A stretch of DNA of 64,000 nucleotides from contig NIVC01000240.1 in the NCBI GenBank assembly GCA_002269645.1, positions 124,001-188,000 on the forward strand, written 5' to 3'. Source of the DNA: Macrostomum lignano. Lineage: Eukaryota. Shown here one piece after another: positions 37,301 through 53,838 of the stretch (position 1 is the stretch's first letter; each line of letters begins with the position of its first letter). The notes under the pieces were generated by a model. That model made no database searches, was not told the DNA's origin, and was given only the letters and a program-made list of their open reading frames with translations. A program made the translations under genes and the position numbers.

Positions 37301-39197
37301 CTTGTTGTGATGCAATCTTTATCACAATCGGAATTCAGCCAGTCAGTTTTTTTCTCTAGCATTCTTACAATGCATTTCAAGTCGAAAATTTGGCTTGACC
37401 TTTGCAAAAAAGCATGTTTTTCGAATATTTAATCCCTTTAACATTGAGCAATTTCTTAGCCAAGATGCATGTACCGTCCCAGGAAAATTTCTGATCGAAT
37501 GGTGCAAGTTTGAAGAAAATCGGTTGAGCCAATTTTTCTGAAATCTATCGCATACCCACAGACAACTCATTTTTAGTATATAGGATTTTTAGTATATTGG
37601 ATGGAAGTTTTGATTTTTAGTTTATTTTTAGTATATTGGAAGCATCCAGAATTTTTATTATACCCCCCCTTAATTGGTTACGCAAGTTAAATAGAGTAAT
37701 TATCTGGGCAGTGGGGCAAAGTGAATTTTCTTATCAGTTGGCTCTGGCGCAATCATTAAAATTGGCTGTGAAGTTTCTCGCTGCGCGCAGGCTGATAAAA
37801 AAATACACTAAAAAGGCCATTTAAAACAGTTTTTCGAATATTTAATCCCCTTAGCATTGAGCTAGAGCTTAATAAAATTACATGTACCGTCCCGGGCACA
37901 TTTGACATCTTTTGGCGAAGAAACGGAGAAAATCGGTTGAGCCTTTTGGGAGATAACCTGTTACATACCCACAGACAGACAGGGCCGGTGGAGGGGGGGT
38001 TGCTACTTTAGATATTTTTGGCGATTTGGCGATTTGGCGAAGAAACGGAGAAAATCGGTTGAGCCTTTTGGGAGATAACCTGTTACATACCCACAGACAG
38101 ACAGGGCCGGTGGAGGGGGGGTTGCTACTTTAGATATATTAGATTAGATTCAGAAAATGCATTGATTTTCATCATTCTGTGTTTCCGACTGTTCCTCAAG
38201 ACTGTTGCTCCAACCTCACCTGAGAATCATCCTCCAACCTCACCTGAATCGCTCTCCGATCTCACCTGAAAATCGCTATCCGATCTCACCTGAAAATCGC
38301 TATCCGATCTCACCTGAGAATCGCTATCCGATCTCACCTGAGAATCGCTCTCCAATCTCACCTGAGAATCGCTCTCATATCTCACCTGAAAATCGCTATC
38401 CGATCTCACCTGAATCGCTCTCCAATCTCACCTGAGAATCGCTCTCCAATCTCACCTGAAAATCTCCCTCCAATCTCACCTGAGAATCGCTCTCCAATCT
38501 CACCTGAGAATCGCTATCCGATCTCACCTGCGAATCGCTCTACGATCTCACCTGAGAATCGCCCTCCAATCTCACCTGAGAATCGCCTTCCAATCTCACC
38601 TGAGAATCGCTCTCCAATCTCACCTGAAAATCTCCCTCCAACCTCACCTGAAAATCTCCCTCCAACCTCACCTGAGAATCGCCCTACAATCTCACCTGAT
38701 AATCGCTCTCCAATCTCACCTGAGAATCGCTATCCGATCTCACCTGCGAATCGCTCTATGATCTCACTTTAGAATCGCCCTCCAATCTCACCTGAGAATC
38801 GCCCTCCAATCTCAAGGCAATCCCTAATTAATCCGCCTAAAACCCTATCGCCAAGAGTCGCCTTGTCGCTTTCCCTCAGCTCCACAAACCCCCCGCCCCC
38901 CGCCCTCCCCAGATCCTGGTGAGCGCCATCATCAACAGCGGCCCCCGTGAGGACTCGACTCGCATCGGTCGGGCCGGCACGGTTCGCCGTCAGGCCGTCG
39001 ACGTGTCGCCGCTTCGCCGAGTGAACCAGGCGATCTGGCTGCTGTGCACGGGCGCCAGGGAGGCCGCCTTCCGCAACATCAAGACCATCGCCGAGTGCTT
39101 CGCGGACGAGCTGATCAACGCCGCGAAGGGCTCCAGCAACAGCTACGCCATCAAGAAGAAGGACGAGCTGGAGCGAGTCGCCAAGTCCAACCGTTAA
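28340..39197 (+). CDS. RPS5: 40S ribosomal protein S5, copy 2; exons 28340-28654 and 38913-39197 (199 aa), 10,258-bp intron
   Basis: Same protein as copy 1. Donor cag|gtgaga at 28655, acceptor cgccctccccag|atc at 38912. Confidence 0.9.
29180..31760. repeat. Composite degenerate satellite in A-B-A-B order
   Basis: A (aaagaatccccatcc-like) at about 29180-30060 and 30495-30960. B (ttgacatctcagcaattcccc-like) at about 30080-30490 and 30960-31760. Confidence 0.85.
32062..32300 (-). repeat. tRNA-derived dispersed repeat or tRNA pseudogene with shared upstream flank, copy 1
   Basis: Minus strand reads tagcctagaggtaaacagactgaactgctaatgcagcgacgtgggttcgaat: A box, ctgctaa (GCT) loop, B box. T-stem and acceptor 3' halves are broken. 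About 200 bp of homology to 37060-37260. Confidence 0.55.
33205..34020. repeat. 18-bp minisatellite
   Basis: Unit cagatagcaagcatcccc. Source of the 6-aa-repeat ORFs in the track. Confidence 0.95.
34105..36990. repeat. 23-bp minisatellite with a 21-bp sub-array at about 34305-34510
   Basis: Unit tttgacatggtggctctttaatg; sub-array unit tttgacatggtggctcagttg. Confidence 0.96.
37060..37260 (-). repeat. tRNA-derived dispersed repeat, copy 2
   Basis: Minus strand tagccctgatgcgaacagactggaatgctaatgtagcgacctgggttcgaatc. Flank motifs (aacatgaattgt, aatcaatttctcag, caatatggttacgcaat) are shared with copy 1. Confidence 0.5.
37370..38140 (+). mobile_element. Helitron/Helentron-derived (DINE-1/HINE-like) non-autonomous repeat copies; a further fragment at about 32860-33030
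   Basis: Recurring tttttcgaatatttaa...tgtacc...aaaatcggttgagcc...catacccacagac(ag)...tagtatat(agg)at/tagatat ends, typical of such elements. The 3' part is tandemly duplicated at about 37910-38140. Family assignment is from recalled similarity only. Confidence 0.45.
38205..38815. repeat. 24-bp minisatellite near the RPS5-2 acceptor
   Basis: Unit atctcacctgagaatcgctctcca. Confidence 0.95.
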
Positions 39198-39439
39198 GGC
39201 TAGGGATTAAACAATTTTGGGTTTTTGACTGTCAAGCTGACTGCAGAATATTGAGTGTCTGTTAGAGCGTGGAATATCAAGGCGACTTGCGATGCGTTAC
39301 GATAAAAAAGCAAAAGCAAAAATGATAGTACCGTGGATTGAAAAATATTGGCTCCGAATGTCTTACGTTCTTTTCATTTCTGTACCTTTGGATTTCAACA
39401 TAGCTAATAGCTGATATGTTGTCTAGCGGCACCTTGAAA

Positions 39440-40560
39440 TGTGTCCCGTATCTGTAGATACTAGGCAACCTTGAGACATCTAGTGGCATGTGTCCCCATA
39501 TCTGTAGATACTAGGCAAACTTGAGACACCTAGTGGCATGTGTCCCCATATCTGTAGATACTAGGCAAACTTGAGACATCTAGTGGCATGTGTCCCCATC
39601 TGTAGATACTAGGCAACCTTGAGACATTTAGTGGCATGTGTCCCCATCTGTAGATACTAGGCAACCTTGAGACATCTAGTGGCATGTGTCCCCATATCTG
39701 TAGATACTAGGCAACCTTGAGACATCCAGCGGCATGTGTCCCCATCTGTAGATACTAAACAACCTTGAGACATTTAGTGGCATGTGTCCCCATCTGTAGA
39801 TACTAGGCAACCTTGAGACATCTAGTGGCATGTGTCCCCATATCTGTAGATACTAGGCAACCTTGAGACATCCAGCGGCATGTGTCCCCATCTGTAGATA
39901 CTAAACAACCTTGAGACATCTAGTGGCATGTGTCCCCATCTGTAGATACTAGGCAACCTTGAGACATCTAGTGGCATGTGTCCCCATATCTGTAGATACT
40001 AGGCAACCTTGAGACATCCAGCGGCATGTGTCCCCATCTGTAGATACTAAACAACCTTGAGACATCTAGTGGCATGTGTCCCCATCTGTAGATACTAGGC
40101 AACCTTGAGACATCTAGTGGCATGTGTCCCCATATCTGTAGATACTAGGCAACCTTGAGACATCCAGCGGCATGTGTCCCCATCTGTAGATACTAAACAA
40201 CCTTGAGACATCTAGTGGCATGTGTCCCCATCTGTAGATACTAAACAACCTTGAGACATCTAGTGGCATGTGTCCCCATCTGTAGATACTAGGCAACCTT
40301 GAGACATCCAGCGGCATGTGTCCCCATCTGTAGATACTAAACAACCTTGAGACATTTAGTGGCATGTGTCCCCATCTGTAGATACTAAACAACCTTGAGT
40401 CATCTAGTGGCATGTGTCCCCATATCTGTAGATACTAGGCAAACTTGAGACATCTAGTGGCATGTGTCCCCATCTGTAGATACTAGGCAACCTTAAGGCA
40501 TCTAGTGGCACCTTGAGTCATCTCGAGCGACATGTGTCCCCACCTAGTGTAGATAACAAA
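39440..40560. repeat. 48/50-bp minisatellite
   Basis: Unit atgtgtcccc(at)atctgtagatactaggcaaccttgagacatctagtggc. Confidence 0.96.
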
Positions 40561-40667
40561 CAACAACGTTACAATGCTCTACACACCGTCGCCTTAGTCG
40601 TGAAATATCCACTACTGGCTCCTGTAGTTAGCATGTCTCACCTTCGAATTTTATCCCGCTGCCTCAG

Positions 40668-41910
40668 CGGCAGCCGCAATTAGCTGTAACAGCCACCAGC
40701 GCAGTCAGCGTCTATCACAAAGAAGCTGTGTACCCAGCTGACAGAAGCAGCCTCAGCATGTGGTCTTCAGCCGGGCCGCACAACAAGACCAGCATAGAGG
40801 AGGCTAACAAACACCTCTCAGCAATGATGGAGCGCGTGGCTCAACTTGAGGCTCGCTGCGCCGATATGGAGGCTCAAGCTCAACAGAAAGACGCCGAGGC
40901 GCATCAGATGGTGTCGGAGATGTCGGCCAGGTATCAGCGAGAGATGGACGCCATGGGACAGAAGCTGAGCAAAGCTACGACTCAGGTTAGTTAGAGACTG
41001 GCCCCTTACACACCAAGAGCTGTACTTTACCGACTTCAGGACTGGTCCCTGACCAGCTTCAGGACTGGTCTCTGACCAGCTTCAGGACTGGTCTCTGACC
41101 AGCTTCAGGACTGGTCTCTGAACAGCTTCAGGACTGGTCTCTGAACAGCTTCAGGACTGGTCCCTGAACAGCTTCAGGACTGGTCTCTGACCAGCTTCAG
41201 GACTGGTCTCTGAACAGCTTCAGGACTGGTCTCTGAACAGCTTCAGGACTGGTCTCTGACCAGCTTCAGGACTGGTCTCTGACCAGCTTCAGGACTGGTC
41301 TCTGACCAGCTTCAGGACTGGTCCCTCACCAGCTTCAGGACTGGTCCCTCACTAGCTTCAGTACTGGTCCCTCACTAGCTTCAGGACTGGTCCCTCACTA
41401 GCTTCAGGACTGGTCCCTCACTAGCTTCAGGACTGGTCCCTCACCAGCTTCAGGACTGGTCCCTCACCAGCTTCAGGACTGGTCCCTCACCAGCTTCAGG
41501 ACTGGTCCCTCACCAGCTTCAGTACTGGTCCCTCACCAGCTTCACAATTGGACCTCAAACCTGTGTGCTAAATTGCTAATCGCTGAACCCCTTAACAGGT
41601 AAACCGTCTCACTGACCTTCTGGAGCGCAAGGACCACGAAATGCGGACTCTGCGCCAGCGCTGCCAGATGGTGGACGAGCTGGTGCAGTACAAGACAGCT
41701 CTAGCTAAAATCACGATCACCCTGGAGCAGGTTGAGCAGTTCACTAAGTACAATGTCAACCGGGAGGCCTACGATCCCAGGGAGAAACCCAGGGAGCCCA
41801 GCACCAACGAGCGGCTGCTTCAGCGGGCAGCAAACGGCTCGGCTGGTCAACAGCAACAGCAGCTCACTCTGCCCAATGGGGAGAAGATTGAGAAGGAATT
41901 GTACGCTTGA
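40668..41910 (+). CDS. VMAC-like coiled-coil protein (vimentin-type IF-associated); exons about 40668 (first ATG 40758)-40985 and 41599-41910
   Basis: IEEANKHLSAMMERVAQLEARC resembles recalled VMAC [40 protein letters not shown]...LAKITITLEQVE resembles the VMAC C-terminal helix. Donor cag|gttagt and acceptor ttaacag|gta join in phase 0. Start uncertain. Confidence 0.7.
41030..41545. repeat. 23-bp minisatellite in the VMAC-like intron
   Basis: Unit ccagcttcaggactggtc(t/c)ct(g/c)a. Confidence 0.95.
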
Positions 41911-41946
41911 GCAGACTAGTGATATGCGATTTTTGTATTGCATCTC

Positions 41947-44200
41947 TGGAGATACTATCTGACACTTGACACAGTCGGAGATACTATCTGACACTTGACA
42001 CAGTTGGAGATACTATCTGACACTTGACACAGTTGGAGATACTATCTGACACTTGACACAGTTGGAGATACTATCTGATACTTGACACAGTTGGAGATAC
42101 TATCTGACACTTGACACAGTTGGAGATACTATCTAACACTTGACACAGTCGGAGATACTATCTGACACTTGACACAGTCGGAGATACTATCTGACACTTG
42201 ACACAGTTGAAGATACTATCTGACACTTGACACAGTTGAAGATACTATCTGACACTTGACACAGTCGGAGATACTATCTGACACTTGACACAGTTAGAGA
42301 TACTATCTGACACTTGACACAGTTAGAGATACTATCTGACACTTGACACAGTTAGAGATACTATCTGACACTTGACACAGTTAGAGATACTATCTGACAC
42401 TTGACACAGTTGAAGATACTATCTGACACTTGACACAGTTGGAGATACTATCTGACACTTGACACAGTCGGAGATACTATCTGACACTTGACACAGTCGG
42501 AGATACTATCTGACACTTGACACAGTTGGAGATACTATCTGACACTTGACACAGTCGGAGATACTATCTGACACTTGACACAGTTGGAGATACTATCTGA
42601 TACTTGACACAGTTGGAGATACTATCTGATACTTGACACAGTTGGAAATACTATCTGACACTTGACACAGTTGGAGATACTATCTGACACTTGACACAGT
42701 TGCAGATACTATCTGACACTTGACACAGTTGGAGATACTATCTGACACTTGACACAGTTGGAGATACACTATCTGACACTTGACACAGTTGCAGATACTA
42801 TCTGACACTTGACACAGTTGGAGATACTATCTGACACTTGACACAGTCGGAGATACTATCTGACACTTGACACAGTCGGAGATACTATCTGACACTTGAC
42901 ACAGTTGGAGATACTATCTGACACTTGACACAGTTGGAGATACTATCTGACACTTGACACAGTTGGAGATACACTATCTGACACTTGACACAGTTGGAGA
43001 TACACTATCTGACACTTGACACAGTTGGAGATACACTATCTGACACTTGACACAGTTGGAGATACTATCTGACACTTGACACAGTTGGAGATACTATCTG
43101 ACACTTGACACAGTCGGAGATACTATCTGACACTTGACACAGTTGGAGATACTATCTGACACTTAACACAGTTGGAGATACTATCTGACACTTGACACAG
43201 TTAGAGATACTATCTGACACTTGACACAGTCGGAGATACTATCTGACACTTGACACAGTTGGAGATACTATCTGACACTTGACACAGTTGGAGATACTAT
43301 CTGACACTTGACACAGTTGGAGATACACTATCTGACACTTGACACAGTTGGAGATACACTATCTGACACTTGACACAGTTGGAGATACTATCTGACACTT
43401 GACACAGTTGGAGATACTATCTGACACTTGACACAGTTGGAGATACTATCTGACACTTGACACAGTTGGAGATACTATCTGACACTTGACACAGTTGGAG
43501 ATACTATCTGACACTTGACACAGTTGGAGATACTATCTGACACTTGACACAGTTGGAGATACTATCTGACACTTGACACAGTTGGAGATACTATCTGACA
43601 CTTGACACAGTCGGAGATACTATCTGACACTTGACACAGTTGGAGATACACTATCTGACACTTGACACAGTTGCAGATACTATCTGACACTTGACACAGT
43701 CGGAGATACTATCTGACACTTGACACAGTTGGAGATACTATCTGACACTTGACACAGTTGGAGATACTATCTGACACTTGACACAGTTGGAGATACTATC
43801 TGACACTTGACACAGTTGGAGATACACTATCTGACACTTGACACAGTTGGAGATACACTATCTGACACTTGACACAGTTGGAGATACACTATCTGACACT
43901 TGACACAGTTGGAGATACTATCTGACACTTGACACAGTTGGAGATACTATCTGACACTTGACACAGTCGGAGATACTATCTGACACTTGACACAGTTGGA
44001 GATACTATCTGACACTTGACACAGTTGGAGATACTATCTGACACTTGACACAGTCGGAGATACTATCTGACACTTGACACAGTTGCAGATACTATCTGAC
44101 ACTTGACACAGTTGGAGATACTATCTGACACTTGACACAGTCGGAGATGCTATCTGACACTTGACACAGTTGGAGATACTATCTGACACTTTGACACTGA
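41947..44200. repeat. 29-bp minisatellite (31-bp variants), about 77 units
   Basis: Unit ggagatactatctgacacttgacacagtt. Confidence 0.97.
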
Positions 44201-45342
44201 CACGATTTCTTTCCCATGCTTAATGCTAAAGCCTACTAGTCTTCCTTAATTAGCTCCGTGATGCACTCCCTCTGTTGCCATAAGAATGACAGCATAGCAA
44301 TTGATTTATTGCGCAAGTCTGACGCACGCACACCTGCGCACTGAGAATGTTTCTCGCTTTTCTTAATCGGTTTATATTAATCAGTGATTTATTAATTAGT
44401 TATTGCCAACATTCCTGTCTTCTGGTTTAGTTGTAAACGTGATCTTAACTTTTATTATTATTTTTCAGCCTTAAATCTGCCTGCCCGCTTTATGTACATA
44501 TGGCGTTCCATTGCGGTTAGTGCTGCTGCCTTGATAATCTCGGTTTCCTTCAGTTTTATGCCTTTGCACGATGAACCTCTATGCAGGCTGGGTGATGTTA
44601 TTATTGCTTAAACCTCTTCAATGTGTTTCGTGTCGCACTGCTGCATGCCTATAGTATATTAGCTCCCGAAAATATTCTGGACTTTACTTGTTGAATTACC
44701 ATTGAGTTCTTCTGATTTCTTGCATAATGGTTCTAATCTGCTCTAAGCAGTCAGTGCGCTTCTGTAATACCGCTGTTGTTGGCTGTCTTATTTGATTGGA
44801 AATTTTCCCTTTTTTTCAGTTTTAGCTCGTCACCATCCCGTGTCCTTCCCTTCCCGTGTCACCCTCCTGTATCTTCACTGAACCTGTCACCATCCCGTGT
44901 CCTTCACTGAACCTGTCACCCTCCCGTGTCTTCACTGAACCTGTCACCATCCCGTGTCTTCACTGAACCCGTCACCATCCCGTGTCCTTCACTGAACCTG
45001 TCACCATCCCGTGTCTTCACTGAACCTGTCACCCTCCCGTGTCTTCACTGAACCTGTCACCATCCCGTGTCTTCACTGAACCCGTCACCATCCCGTGTCT
45101 TCACTGAACCCGTCACCATCCCGTGTCCTTCACTGAACCCGTCACCATCCCGTGTCCTTCACTGAACCTGTCACCCTCCCGTGTCTTCACTGAACCTGTC
45201 ACCATCCCGTGTCTTCACTGAACCCGTCACCATCCCGTGTCCTTCACTGAACCTGTCACCCTCCCGTGTCTTCACTGAACCTGTCACCATCCCGTGTCTT
45301 CACTGAACCCGTCACCATCCCGTGTCCTTCACTGAACCTGTC

Positions 45343-49234
<3,892 letters not shown>

Positions 49235-50301
49235 TCACCATCCCGTGTCTTCACTGAACCTGTCACCCTCCCGTGTCTTCACTGAACCTGTCACCATCCC
49301 GTGTCTTCACTGAACCCGTCACCATCCCGTGTCTTCACTGAACCCGTCACCATCCCGTGTCCTTCACTGAACCCGTCACCATCCCGTGTCCTTCACTGAA
49401 CCTGTCACCCTCCCGTGTCTTCACTGAACCTGTCACCATCCCGTGTCTTCACTGAACCCGTCACCATCCCGTGTCTTCACTGAACCCGTCACCATCCCGT
49501 GTCCTTCACTGAACCTGTCACCATCCCGTGTCTTCACTGAACCCGTCACCATCCCGTGTCTTCACTGAACCCGTCACCATCCCGTGTCCTTCAGTGAACC
49601 CGTCACCCTCCCGTGTCCTTCAGTGAACCTGTCACCCTCCCGTGTCCTTCAGTGAACCTGTCACCCTCCCGTGTCCTTCAGTGAACCCGTCACCCTCCCG
49701 TGTCCTTCAGTGAACCTGTCACCCTCCCGTGTCCTTCAGTGAACCCGTCACCATCCCGTGTCCTTCAGTGAACCCGTCACCCTCCCGTGTCCTTCAGTGA
49801 ACCTGTCACCCTCCCGTGTCCTTCAGTGAACCTGTCACCCTCCCGTGTCCTTCAGTGAACCTGTCACCCTCCCGTGTCCTTCAGTGAACCCGTCACCATC
49901 CCGTGTCCTTCAGTGAACCCGTCACCCTCCCGTGTCCTTCAGTGAACCTGTCACCATCCCGTGTCCTTCATTGAACCCGTCTTCCTCAATAGGTAACCCG
50001 TTTTCAGCCTAATGCTAATGTACTTTTAAGTGCCCTCTCTCCATTCTAATATTAGTAATACGCTCGTACTATTACTGTTACTGCACTGTTATAATTCTGT
50101 AGTATGATTAGCTAAGCAGAATAGATATGCAATTTGTTTTGAATTTGAAGAGTTTTGCGCACACACGCTGGCCAATGTGGTTTGAGGAGTCGTCACCTTA
50201 TAAAACCGTAGAGAATATGATTGTTTTTTGTTGAATTATTTTTCTAATTCGGCCTTAAATTTTGTAATTTGCACTTGTTAAAGCAAGTCACGTGAGAGAG
50301 G

Positions 50302-52859
50302 CCAATTGCGGTTGAAATATTTAAAGCGAGCCAGGGAGCGCGGCCAGATGTTTAATTGCTTATAGAATGCTCCTGACGGACCCGGCAAGGTTCTTTGGAT
50401 TTGCAGTAGCTTAGTTTAATTCAATTGAAATCGTACGTTGCAGACGGCTGGCTGATTTCTCTACGTTTCATTGGGTGAAACCTTTTTGTATGCCTTATTG
50501 TCTCCGGGGCTATCTGCATTCTCAGGTACGCCACCTTCTTCAATAGATAAAAAAATTTCTTTAATTGCTTGTCCATCTTCAGCCTCCCAGATCCTCAGTT
50601 GCTGGGCCAGCCTCCCAGATCCTCAGCTGCTGGGCCAGCCTCCCAGATCCTCAGCTGCTGGGCCAGCCTCCCAGATCCTTAGCTGCTGGGCCAGCCTCCC
50701 AGATCCTCAATTCTGGGCCAGCCTCCCAGATCCTCAGTTGCTGAGCCAGCCTCCCAGATCCTCAGCTGCTGGGCCAGCCTCCCAGATCCTTAGTTGCTGG
50801 GCCAGCCTCCCAGATCCTCAGTTTCTGGGCCAGCCTCCCAGATCCTCAGTTGCTGGGCTACCTTCTCGGATCCTCAGTTGCTGGGCCACCTCGGATCCTC
50901 AGTTGCTGGGCCACCTCGGATCCTCAGTTGCTGGGCCACCTCGGATCCTCAGTTGCTGGGCCACCTCGGATCCTCAGTTGCTGGGCCACCTCGGATCCTC
51001 AGTTGCTGGGCCACCTCGGATCCTCAGTTGCTGGGCCACCTCGGATCCTCAGTTGCTGGGCCACCTCGGATCCTCAGTTGCTGGGCCACCTCGGATCCTC
51101 AGTTGCTGGGCCACCTCGGATCCTCAGTTGCTGGGCCACCTCGGATCCTCAGTTGCTGGGCCACCTCGGATCCTCAGTTGCTGGGCCACCTCGGATCCTC
51201 AGTTGCTGGGCCACCTCGGATCCTCAGTTGCTGGGCCACCTCGGATCCTCAGTTGCTGGGCCACCTCGGATCCTCAGTTGCTGGGCCACCTCGGATCCTC
51301 AGTTGCTGGGCCACCTCGGATCCTCAGTTGCTGGGCCACCTCGGATCCTCAGTTGCTGGGCCACCTCGGATCCTCAGTTGCTGGGCCACGGGCCACCTCG
51401 GATCCTCAGTTGCTGGGCCACGGGCCACCTCGGATCCTCAGTTGTTTGGCCAGCCTCCCAGTTTCTCAGTTTCTGGACCAGCCTCCCAGATCCTCAGTTG
51501 CTGGGCCACCTTCTCGGATCCTCAGTTGCTGGGCCACCTTCTCGGATCCTCAGTTGCTGGGTCACCTTCTCGGATCCTCAGTTGCTGGGTCACCTTCTCG
51601 GATCCTCAGTTGCTGGGTCACCTTCTCGGATCCTCAGTTGCTGGGCCACCTTCTCGGATCCTCAGTTGCTGGGTCACCTTCTCGGATCCTCAGTTGCTGG
51701 GTCACCTTCTCGATCCTCAGTTGCTGGGTCACCTTCTCGGATCCTCAGTTGCTGGGCCACCTTCTCGGATCCTCAGTTGCTGGGCCACTAGCCTCCCAGA
51801 TCCTCAGTTGCTGGGCTACCATCCACAATCACACTACAGGACAGCGGGTGCTTTACTGTGTCCCTGGCTTCCAATTGCGGTTGAAATATTTAAAGCGAGC
51901 CAGGGAGCGCGGCCAGATGTTTAATTGCTTATAGAATGCTCCTGACGGACCCGGCAAGGTTCTTTGGATTTGCAGTAGCTTAGTTTAATTCAATTGAAAT
52001 CGTACGTTGCAGACGGCTGGCTGATTTCTCTACGTTTCATTGGGTGAAACCTTTTTGTATGCCTTATTGTCTCCGGGGCTATCTGCATTCTCAGGTACGC
52101 CACCTTCTTCAATAGATAAAAAAATTTCTTTAATTGCTTGTCCATCTTCAGCCTCCCAGATCCTCAGTTGCTGGGCCAGCCTCCCAGATCCTCAGCTGCT
52201 GGGCCAGCCTCCCAGATCCTCAGCTGCTGGGCCAGCCTCCCAGATCCTTAGCTGCTGGGCCAGCCTCCCAGATCCTCAATTCTGGGCCAGCCTCCCAGAT
52301 CCTCAGTTGCTGAGCCAGCCTCCCAGATCCTCAGCTGCTGGGCCAGCCTCCCAGATCCTTAGTTGCTGGGCCTCAGTTGCTGGGCCACCTCGGATCCTCA
52401 GTTGCTGGGCCACGGGCCACCTCGGATCCTCAGTTGCTGGGCCACGGGCCACCTCGGATCCTCAGTTGTTTGGCCAGCCTCCCAGTTTCTCAGTTTCTGG
52501 ACCAGCCTCCCAGATCCTCAGTTGCTGGGCCACCTTCTCGGATCCTCAGTTGCTGGGCCACCTTCTCGGATCCTCAGTTGCTGGGTCACCTTCTCGGATC
52601 CTCAGTTGCTGGGTCACCTTCTCGGATCCTCAGTTGCTGGGCCACCTTCTCGGATCCTCAGTTGCTGGGTCACCTTCTCGGATCCTCAGTTGCTGGGTCA
52701 CCTTCTCGATCCTCAGTTGCTGGGTCACCTTCTCGGATCCTCAGTTGCTGGGCCACCTTCTCGGATCCTCAGTTGCTGGGCCACTAGCCTCCCAGATCCT
52801 CAGTTGCTGGGCTACCATCCACAATCACACTACAGGACAGCGGGTGCTTTACTGTGTCC
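50302..52859. repeat. Tandem duplication (50302-51863 and 51871-52859); each unit is about 270 bp unique plus a 25/28-bp minisatellite and a unique tail
   Basis: Both units begin ccaattgcggttgaaatatt and end gtgctttactgtgtcc, with a 7-bp junction ctggctt. Array core ggatcctcagttgctgggccacctc; the second unit lacks about 570 bp of array. Confidence 0.9.
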
Positions 52860-53454
52860 GCAGGTGCAGCCAGGCAGACAAGCAGAGCCGAGTTCATAGA
52901 CTTTACTGCCTAATCTCGCAGCAGTTGGATGTCGAGCATGAATTATTAATTAGAATTCGAGGCATCCAGGGTTTAGCCCCATAAGGATATTATTTATAGC
53001 CATCGCCGCAGCGAGGGGGGAATCTCAGCGGGGAAATTTCGCCCTCCGGCACCGCCCCGCCAAATGGCCGCTCTGAGCCAACTCCCTTGCCGGTGTTGCT
53101 GCCGGAGCTTTCCTCTTCCAGAAGAACAGAACTGAATATTGCTATTTCTGTGCTGGCCTCTTAACCTTTTATTATTTCTCTCTGTCCTAGCAAGCCCGGA
53201 GGGAGCTGCCGGCGAATCTAATTTAATTTCTCAAAATTTTTATTGCGCTCGCAATGTCGCACAAAACAGAATTGAAGCCAGGGATGAGGCTGCAAATGGT
53301 TGTGTATATTTGAGTGGGGGATGTTGGTCAGCGCGTTTTTACGAGTAATGACTCAAACCCCCAGGGCATGTTCGTTCAGCCAATTTATTACTCTCGTAGT
53401 AAAAATATCGCTGTGAGCAATAATATGCTCAGTTGTATTTAAAAAAGGAGAACA

Positions 53455-53635
53455 GGATGGGGAGAGGGAGAACAGGTTGGGGAGAGGGGAGAACAGGATG
53501 GGGAGAGGAGAACAGGATGGGGAGAGGGGAGAACAGGGTTGGGGAGAGGAGAACAGGATGGGGAGAGGAGAACAGGATGGGGAGAGGAGAACAGGTTGGG
53601 GAGAGGAGAACAGGATGGGGAGAGGGAGAACAGAG
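53455..53635. repeat. Purine-rich 19-21-bp tandem repeat
   Basis: ggggagagg(gg)agaacagg(a/t)t units. Confidence 0.85.
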
Positions 53636-53838
53636 ATGAGTTACAAGGAAAAAGTAGGAGATGCGAGAGGTGTTAGACTCAATTAGGGCACGCCTGAATC
53701 GGATGATCAGTTTATATTATCAAATAATGAATCAAAACAGTATTGTTTCCTTCGGCATGATTGGTTAAAAACAGGTGAGGTGCTATGAGCAATGGTATAC
53801 TAAGTGCAACTGTACTTGGAAGGCACCATCTGGTTAGT

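Noticed and set aside
39440-44200. CRISPR-like arrays
   Set aside because: Units are head-to-tail with no unique spacers, there are no cas genes, and the context is eukaryotic.
44490-44610. Short signal-peptide-like ORF (MYIWRSIAVSAAALIISVSFS...) after a good acceptor
   Set aside because: Only 39 codons, and no phase-compatible downstream exon gave an open frame.
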